In this document: one piece after another, positions 15,834-21,488 of the stretch
Layout of the letters: every line of letters begins with the position of its first letter
How positions within the stretch are numbered: position 1 is the stretch's first letter
NCBI GenBank assembly: GCA_039810425.1
Contig: JBDHWW010000048.1
Coordinates: 1 to 21,488, forward strand
Length of the DNA stretch: 21,488 nucleotides
DNA from: Pseudobdellovibrionaceae bacterium
GTDB lineage: Bacteria; Bdellovibrionota; Bdellovibrionia; Bdellovibrionales; Bdellovibrionaceae
Direction: 5' to 3'
The notes under the pieces: model-generated
Databases searched by the model: none
What the model was told of the DNA's origin: nothing
The model's input: only the letters and a program-made list of their open reading frames with translations
Made by a program: the position numbers and the translations under genes

Positions 15834-17504
15834 ATGAGATCTGTTGGTATCGACATTGGCAGTAGTAGCATTAAAGTTGTTGAGGTGCTGACGACAAGCA
15901 AGGGTTTTCAAGTCACTCAATGCTTCGAACGCCCGCTCGGCCTCAATCCAGCTCATGACCAAGAAATTGAAATCATCGAGTTTCTCCGTGAGATCTCCGC
16001 GAAGTACGATCCGGCGCAAACCCGCTACTGCTTGGTCCTTCGTCAGGACCAAGTAAGTATCCGTAATAAAATCTTCCCATTCAGCGACAGGATGAAAATT
16101 TCTAAGAGCTTGCCATTCGAGCTCGAAGAAGAAATTCCATTCTCGGGAGATAACTCTATCTTTGATGCGAAGATCGTACGCACAATCGGGGTTACTGCCG
16201 AAGTTTTAGCCTGTGCGGCGCCGAAGCACCATATCCGCACTCTTCTTCAGCGCTGCTCTGACGCGAACATCGAGCCGGCTTTGATTTCCACTGAAGGAAC
16301 AGCCTTTGCAAATATCTACGAAAAATGGAATGAAGCTCCGCCGGCTCACCCCACAACCGACACGACTCTGCTCGGAGAGCAGGAAAAGGTCGAGCGTCCG
16401 ATGCATTTGACTCTGAACATGGGGCACACACGCACCCTCGTTTGCGCTTTTGAAGGCAACTCTCTGATCGGTGTTCGCACGATTCTTTGGGGTGCGAAAA
16501 ATATCGCGGACTCTGTTGCGAAGAAATATGAAATCCCGTACTTGGACGCTTTAAAAGAGGTGCAAAACAAAGCTTTCATTCTGACGAACAAGCAAGGCGC
16601 GACTTTTGACCAAATCACCTTCTCGGAGACGATTGCGAAATCAGTTCGCGAGCTTGTGCGCGACTTGCAGCTTTCTATTTTGGAATTTAAGAGCGAGTTC
16701 AACGCCGTGATCACTCAGATTGGATTGACGGGCGGTTCTTCAGCGATTAAAAACTTGGGCCCGTTCCTGACTCAACAGCTTGAGTTGCCCGTGAACAAAG
16801 TCTACCCACTGGATATGATTCCAAACGTGCTCTTTGAAAAGGGCCCAAAAACGGACACCACCTTTGGTTTAGCTCTCGGCATTGCGATCGAAGGCCTTAA
16901 AAAACCGCGCAACCCCGCCGTCAACTTCTTACGTGGCGAATTCGCAAAACAAAACCACTTTGCCCGCAACATGTGGGAAAAATGGGGCCCGACATTCAAA
17001 ACAGCGGCGGCCGCGATGCTCGTGTTCTTCATTTACTCAATGATGCGCGAGAGCTTTTCGATGAATCTTGCCGACCGCGCGGAAGAGGCCCTAAAAACTC
17101 AAGCCAAGAACGTGGCAAAATTGACCGGCAAAAAGGCGACCGAAGCCAATATCAAGAAATACATCCGTGATAATAAAAAACGCGCTGCGGATTTAAAAAC
17201 CCTTGCGAACGTCGCAACGATGAACTCCGCGCTTGAGATCGTCAAAAAAATCAACGACGCAACTCCGGCAAAGAATTCGGTCACATTGGACGTTAAAGGC
17301 GTTCACATCCGTGATAGCGAGGTGTCCGTTGAAGGGTACGTGAAGAACCCAAATGAACTCACGGTCCTTCAACAGGCCCTGACAAACTTGTCCGTGGACG
17401 GCAAAGTGAATAGTGGCCATTCACAATTGCCTGCAGCCGCGGGCAAAACAGCGTTCTCATTGAACTTTAAAGTCGACCGCGGCATTACTAAAAACATCCA
17501 ATAG
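15834..17504 (+). CDS. gspL: GspL-position protein: PilM-like actin-fold cytoplasmic domain + TM + PilN/GspL-like periplasmic domain
   Basis: VGIDIGSSSIKVVE, LPFELEEEIPF, LTGGSS.IKNL, VNFL.GEF, a single TM (AAAAMLVFFIYSMM) and a C-terminal V.VEG...F.L.F pattern; lies between gspK and gspM. Confidence 0.85.
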   Translation: MRSVGIDIGSSSIKVVEVLTTSKGFQVTQCFERPLGLNPAHDQEIEIIEFLREISAKYDPAQTRYCLVLRQDQVSIRNKIFPFSDRMKISKSLPFELEEEIPFSGDNSIFDAKIVRTIGVTAEVLACAAPKHHIRTLLQRCSDANIEPALISTEGTAFANIYEKWNEAPPAHPTTDTTLLGEQEKVERPMHLTLNMGHTRTLVCAFEGNSLIGVRTILWGAKNIADSVAKKYEIPYLDALKEVQNKAFILTNKQGATFDQITFSETIAKSVRELVRDLQLSILEFKSEFNAVITQIGLTGGSSAIKNLGPFLTQQLELPVNKVYPLDMIPNVLFEKGPKTDTTFGLALGIAIEGLKKPRNPAVNFLRGEFAKQNHFARNMWEKWGPTFKTAAAAMLVFFIYSMMRESFSMNLADRAEEALKTQAKNVAKLTGKKATEANIKKYIRDNKKRAADLKTLANVATMNSALEIVKKINDATPAKNSVTLDVKGVHIRDSEVSVEGYVKNPNELTVLQQALTNLSVDGKVNSGHSQLPAAAGKTAFSLNFKVDRGITKNIQ

Positions 17505-17512
17505 GTGAGCTG

Positions 17513-18205
17513 ATGAACTTTGATGACATTAAGGACAATCTAAAATCTCAGCTCGGTCAGACCTGGTCACGTTTCGAGGACAGCTCGGCGTACAACCAGC
17601 TTCGAGATCGCTTCGAAAATCTGACGCCGACAAACCAGAAACTTGTGCTCGTGGGCGCCGGCGCTCTCACCGCTTTGCTGATCTTCTCAATTCCATTTTC
17701 TTACTACTCCACTTCCAGTGAGTACGTAACGACATACGAAGACAAACGTGGTTTGATTCGTGAGCTCTTGAAAGTGACTCGGGAATCCAACGAGGTCCCG
17801 GATCTGCCGACCGCACCTAAAGCGGATATGCTGAAGAACGCGATCGAAGGTCAGCTGAATATGGCAAAACTTCTTCCAGAGCAAATGAAAGGGATCGAGG
17901 TGATGGCGGCGGAGACGGGCCTGATTCCCAAAGGCTTGCTGGAAAGCGGCTTGCGCGTGAGTCTTGCTAAACTCAATCTTCGCCAGATCATCGATATCGG
18001 CTACAACATCCAGGCGATCAGCTCGAGTGTTAAAATGAATGCGCTCAATATCACGGCGAATCCCGAAGACCCACGTTACTTTGACGTGGAGATGAGATTG
18101 GTTTCTTTGGCAGTGCCTCAGGCTCACATTGAAATGCCGGATGTTGCCGATGAAGAAGGCGGCGGTAAGGCAAAAAAGCCGGCGTTTAAGAGAGGAAATC
18201 GCTAA
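17513..18205 (+). CDS. gspM: Type II secretion protein GspM-like
   Basis: RFENLTP..QKLV followed by a single TM, a helical segment and a ferredoxin-like C-terminal pattern; operon position. Confidence 0.72.
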   Translation: MNFDDIKDNLKSQLGQTWSRFEDSSAYNQLRDRFENLTPTNQKLVLVGAGALTALLIFSIPFSYYSTSSEYVTTYEDKRGLIRELLKVTRESNEVPDLPTAPKADMLKNAIEGQLNMAKLLPEQMKGIEVMAAETGLIPKGLLESGLRVSLAKLNLRQIIDIGYNIQAISSSVKMNALNITANPEDPRYFDVEMRLVSLAVPQAHIEMPDVADEEGGGKAKKPAFKRGNR

Positions 18206-19173
18206 TGGTGACCGCGATTCGTAAGTTGTTCGGCATCATCTTCAGCTCAAAACTCAAAATCCTCGTCATGATCCTCTCGACGCTGGTTTTCTTGCTGGTT
18301 CTTTTTCCGATTAATGACCTCGGCGATTTTGTTTCTTCCCAAGTGGCGCGCTTAACCGGCAACAAAGTGTTCTTGCAGTTTGAAGAACTCAAAATGTCTC
18401 TTTTCCCCGCTCCGGGCATGAAGGTCGAACAAGTGTTTGTTGAAGCTCAAGGCGTTCCGGGAATTTCCGTTCAGGAAATCCGCTTTGCTCCAGCGGTGAT
18501 GGGTATGATCTCGCAAAAGCCTTACGGCACTGTCGATGCAAAAGGTTTATTTAAAGGCGATGTGCAGATTTCTGTAAAATCCGGTTCCCGCTCTGAAAAC
18601 GGCGGCGAAAGACAGCGTGTGGAAATCAGCGCTAAGAAGCTGAGCCTGCAGGATTTGCGCGAAGTGGCCCGTTTGCCGGTGATGATGAAGGGGAAACTTG
18701 ATCTTGAATCCACGGCGCTTGTGGACCTCTCGTTCACTGAGCAACCGGACGTTGATGTGAACCTCAACATCTCGCAATTCGAGCTCCCGCCGTCGAATGT
18801 GAATACGCCGATGGGCCCGCTCACCATGCCTGATTTAAAACTCACCAGCGTTGAAATTAAGGGCCGTTTGGCCGGTGGCAAGCTCATTATTGAGCATGGT
18901 CAAATCGGTAAAGAGAGCGACGAAATGCGTGGCACAATCACCGGGAACCTCGATCTGTCTTTGGCGAACCAAGGGGGCGTGATCAATCCGGTTATCGGCG
19001 GTTACACGTTCAACATCGATCTTCGTATGAAGAATAATTTCCTCAATCGCGCCTCGACGTTCCTCATTTTAGTTGATCAGTACAAAACGCCGACTGCTGA
19101 AGGTGCGCAGTACAAATTCAAAGTTTCTGCGGCAAATACCATGATGCCGCCATCAATCGGCGCCGTGCGTTAG
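18205..19173 (+). CDS. gspN: Type II secretion protein GspN-like
   Basis: N-terminal TM ending LFP..DL, beta-rich body, last gene of the operon; TAATG coupling to gspM. Confidence 0.8.
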   Translation: MVTAIRKLFGIIFSSKLKILVMILSTLVFLLVLFPINDLGDFVSSQVARLTGNKVFLQFEELKMSLFPAPGMKVEQVFVEAQGVPGISVQEIRFAPAVMGMISQKPYGTVDAKGLFKGDVQISVKSGSRSENGGERQRVEISAKKLSLQDLREVARLPVMMKGKLDLESTALVDLSFTEQPDVDVNLNISQFELPPSNVNTPMGPLTMPDLKLTSVEIKGRLAGGKLIIEHGQIGKESDEMRGTITGNLDLSLANQGGVINPVIGGYTFNIDLRMKNNFLNRASTFLILVDQYKTPTAEGAQYKFKVSAANTMMPPSIGAVR

Positions 19174-19355
19174 TCCGCTGAACGACACTTCTTGTCCGAT
19201 TTATACTCCTTCATCTTTTTCCGCCACTAATCCCGTTGACCGCCGGGTTGGTCCTTGATTTGCTCATTGTGCAGGCAAACCCGGGAGCTTTTTTAAGTCT
19301 TTATTGACAAGACTCTCACTAACTACAAAAACCTTATAGTCTCATGGGAGGGATT

Positions 19356-19796
19356 ATGTCTGGTATAAATAAAGTTATCATCGTAGGCCGCTTGGGCGCT
19401 GACCCTGAAGTAAAAGCCGTTGGCCAAGGAACGACTGTGACCCGTTTGAATATTGCAACGAGTGAAAATTGGATGGGCAAAGATGGTCAAAAACAAGAAC
19501 GCACTGAGTGGCATCGTGTTGTTGTTTGGGGCAAGCTTGCGGAAATCTGCGGTAAGCATCTGAGCAAGGGCCGCCAAGTCTACATAGAGGGCCGTTTGCA
19601 GACCCGTCAGTGGGAAGACCAACAAGGCCAGAAAAAATACACAACTGAGATTATCGCAAACACTGTGCAATTCCTTGGTTCCGCTAGCGGTGAGCGTTCT
19701 AACGAAAACAAGCAATCTGCCGGTGGGGATGATTTCGGCTATCAAGATTTCGGACCGGAACCGAGCTTCAATAGCTCTGACGATATTCCGTTCTAA
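19356..19796 (+). CDS. ssb: Single-stranded DNA-binding protein
   Basis: [44 protein letters not shown], acidic tail DDIPF; GGGAGG SD supports ATG 19356. Confidence 0.98.
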   Translation: MSGINKVIIVGRLGADPEVKAVGQGTTVTRLNIATSENWMGKDGQKQERTEWHRVVVWGKLAEICGKHLSKGRQVYIEGRLQTRQWEDQQGQKKYTTEIIANTVQFLGSASGERSNENKQSAGGDDFGYQDFGPEPSFNSSDDIPF

Positions 19797-19818
19797 GACT
19801 TTCGAACATTTTTAACTT

Positions 19819-19859
19819 AGAAAAGACCCGTTTAAAGAAAACGGGTCTTTTCTTTTTTT
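19819..19859 (+). terminator. Intrinsic terminator after ssb
   Basis: 15-bp stem AGAAAAGACCCGTTT-aaaga-AAACGGGTCTTTTCT followed by a T run. Confidence 0.92.
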
Positions 19860-19885
19860 AGCACCTCTGCGTAGAATTTATATCT

Positions 19886-20272
19886 ATGCTTCGCAGTCTT
19901 TATTTTCTTCTTTGTATGATGCTTTTGAGTTCCTGCTCGCTTTACAGCTCCGCGGGCCGTAAGCAATTTGAAGAAAAGGCTCCGAACTCCATTCAATCCT
20001 TCACACTCCAAGGCTGTCGGGAAATGAGCGCCGCTGAAGCCTGGTTGCGCGGGGAGTTTCCAAGTAGCAATCACGAACTGATTGAAATGCATCCCGACTA
20101 CGAAGTTTGGGGAAGCACTCTCGATGATGGTCAGGTTGAAGTGACTGTTGTCTCCCAGGACAATACGGCAACAGAGTCTTGTATTTACAAATTCGAGTCG
20201 AAGAAGATCTGGCAAATCTATAAAAAGAGTTTTTTAGACGAGCTTTCTCGCAGTCTTGTTAGCCTTGACTGA
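19886..20272 (+). CDS. Hypothetical lipoprotein (128 aa)
   Basis: Short hydrophobic leader with lipobox LSS|C at Cys17; two further Cys in the mature part. Confidence 0.8.
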   Translation: MLRSLYFLLCMMLLSSCSLYSSAGRKQFEEKAPNSIQSFTLQGCREMSAAEAWLRGEFPSSNHELIEMHPDYEVWGSTLDDGQVEVTVVSQDNTATESCIYKFESKKIWQIYKKSFLDELSRSLVSLD

Positions 20273-20372
20273 TCATTTCTATCCTAGCCTATGGTCTACG
20301 TCCGGATGGACACTGGACATTTTCTGCATGAAAATATGAGGGAATATGGTCCACCAACCAGGAGTCCTTAGC

Positions 20373-21251
20373 GTGAAGAAATTCTCGGTTTTTTTCGCTG
20401 TTTCATTGTTTTTTGCGAGCTATTCCGCACTGGCCGCAAAAATTTCCCAGGTAAAAAATAATAAAGTCATGATCGAGCTTGACGGCGAAGGCGCTTCAAC
20501 GGGGACGGAGTTTTTTGCATTAAATCCGCAGAACAAACGCGTCGCTGTCATCAAAGTAACACAAGTCAAAGGCGGCCGCGCCATCGGTGAGATCACCAAA
20601 GGCACAGTCAAGCCTGGTTACCTTTTACAGAACAGAGGCGGCTCTGCGGCGGCGGCAGGTTCCGGTGGCAACTCCGGCACGGATGATTACTACGACCGCA
20701 AACTCAATAGCAAAGTTCACAACGGGAACTCTTGGGGTATCGTTGGCGGTTATTTGATGAACACGATGGCCGTGAAAACCACAAGTATGCAAATCAACAT
20801 GTCGGGGTCAGGCTTCGGCGCTCTTGGTTACTATGATTATGCCTTGTCACCTTCTCTGGTTTTCCGTGGGATGACGGGACTTGAGACGTACAATGTGGCG
20901 GGATCGAACTCCGCCGCTTCTCCGTCCAACTGTACAACAAACTGTGACGTGAAAATCCAGTATTTATCTTTCTACGGTTATGGCCGCTGGAACTTCATGC
21001 AGGGCCAATACAAATCGTGGCTTGGCGCTGGCGCTGGTTACTTGTATCCGATGTCTAAACCTGGTGGCAGCGTTTTCCAAAACAACACCGTGGGCGCGAA
21101 TCAAATCTTCATATTCTCGGCTGGCATGGATTATCGTTTAAGCGCAAAAAACTACATACCTATCTCTCTCGAGTACGGCCTTTACCCAGCCACAGCCTCA
21201 GTCACAGCAAGCATCATCTACCTCCGCGCCGGCTACGCCTGGAACCTCTAA
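20373..21251 (+). CDS. Putative outer-membrane beta-barrel protein with a small N-terminal beta domain and Gly/Ala/Ser linker
   Basis: GTG 20373 with AGGAG SD 8 nt upstream; signal peptide KKFSVFF...SALA; aromatic-rich amphipathic strands; C-terminal beta-signal-like YLRAGYAWNL. Confidence 0.8.
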   Translation: MKKFSVFFAVSLFFASYSALAAKISQVKNNKVMIELDGEGASTGTEFFALNPQNKRVAVIKVTQVKGGRAIGEITKGTVKPGYLLQNRGGSAAAAGSGGNSGTDDYYDRKLNSKVHNGNSWGIVGGYLMNTMAVKTTSMQINMSGSGFGALGYYDYALSPSLVFRGMTGLETYNVAGSNSAASPSNCTTNCDVKIQYLSFYGYGRWNFMQGQYKSWLGAGAGYLYPMSKPGGSVFQNNTVGANQIFIFSAGMDYRLSAKNYIPISLEYGLYPATASVTASIIYLRAGYAWNL

Positions 21252-21261
21252 AAAGGTACCT

Positions 21262-21294
21262 AAAAGGTACCAGGTCGCTTTTCAGAATTGACTT
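21262..21294 (+). repeat. 33-bp dispersed REP-like repeat, copy 2, preceded by a partial tandem duplication (TAAAAAGGTACC, 21249-21260)
   Basis: AAAAGGTACCAGGTCGCTTTTCAGAATTGACTT is the exact reverse complement of 5371-5403. Confidence 0.9.
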
Positions 21295-21339
21295 TGCGCT
21301 TTTCCATTTCTTGGCATGGAACTTGTTAGGTATGCGTTC

Positions 21340-21435
21340 ATGCCAAGAAAAACCCACTTAATTTCGACAGAATATCCGTATCACGTAAATTGCCGGACTC
21401 ATGGCGGACAATTTATTACCTGGAGCAGTAGATAG
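21340..21435 (+). pseudogene. Truncated N-terminal fragment resembling a REP-associated tyrosine transposase (RAYT, Y1/IS200-like)
   Basis: My translation is MPRKTHLISTEYPYHVNCRTHGGQFITWSSR*. The MPR......E.PYHV..R pattern is typical of RAYT/Y1_Tnp N-termini. It stops at 21433-21435 before any HUH motif and lies next to a palindromic repeat. Confidence 0.6.
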
Positions 21436-21488
21436 TTTGCATTATCAAGCGGCGTAGCGAACGTGCTTGTTATGAAAATATCTGCGTA

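Noticed and set aside
15042..16052. 336-aa antisense ORF over gspK/gspL, plus other antisense ORFs such as 11004..11732
   Set aside because: Overlap well-supported genes on the opposite strand and show no recognisable motifs; typical shadow ORFs.
19270..19290. GGCAAACC resembling the start of a c-di-GMP-I riboswitch
   Set aside because: The downstream GAAA-loop stem and GACGCAAAG-type elements are absent.
21288..21293. TTGACT in the repeat tail as an outward-facing -35 box
   Set aside because: No -10 at 16-18 nt in either copy; the nearest TAAGAT at the left copy is 22 nt away.
5371..21294. Classical composite or TIR transposon carrying the T2SS
   Set aside because: No target-site duplication, no DDE transposase or recombinase inside, and the cargo (gsp, ssb) looks like core genome. 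The repeats are kept as REP-like instead.
21472..21488. Possible new gene start ATGAAAATATCTGCGTA at the window end
   Set aside because: Only five codons are visible and there is no clear SD; it cannot be supported.

Overview
Bacterial chromosomal DNA; gene content and protein style suggest Bdellovibrionota or another deltaproteobacterium-like lineage (inference). In order: the 3' part of a large uncharacterised protein with a Gly-rich tandem repeat; an exported methionine-sulfoxide repair module (divergent msrA / msrB-dipZ, both Msr enzymes with signal-like N-termini and a single Cys); two small minus-strand genes; a 12-gene type II secretion operon (gspC-D-E-F-G-H-I-J-K-L-M-N, with a PilM/PilN-like GspL and no gspO or gspS); ssb; a lipoprotein; an outer-membrane beta-barrel protein; and a 31-codon fragment resembling the N-terminus of a REP-associated (Y1/HUH) tyrosine transposase. 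The most striking non-coding signal is a perfect 33-bp repeat present twice in inverted orientation (5371-5403 and 21262-21294). The copies bracket the whole ~15.9-kb T2SS block, each sits at the TAA stop of an upstream gene, and one lies 45 bp before the transposase-like fragment.
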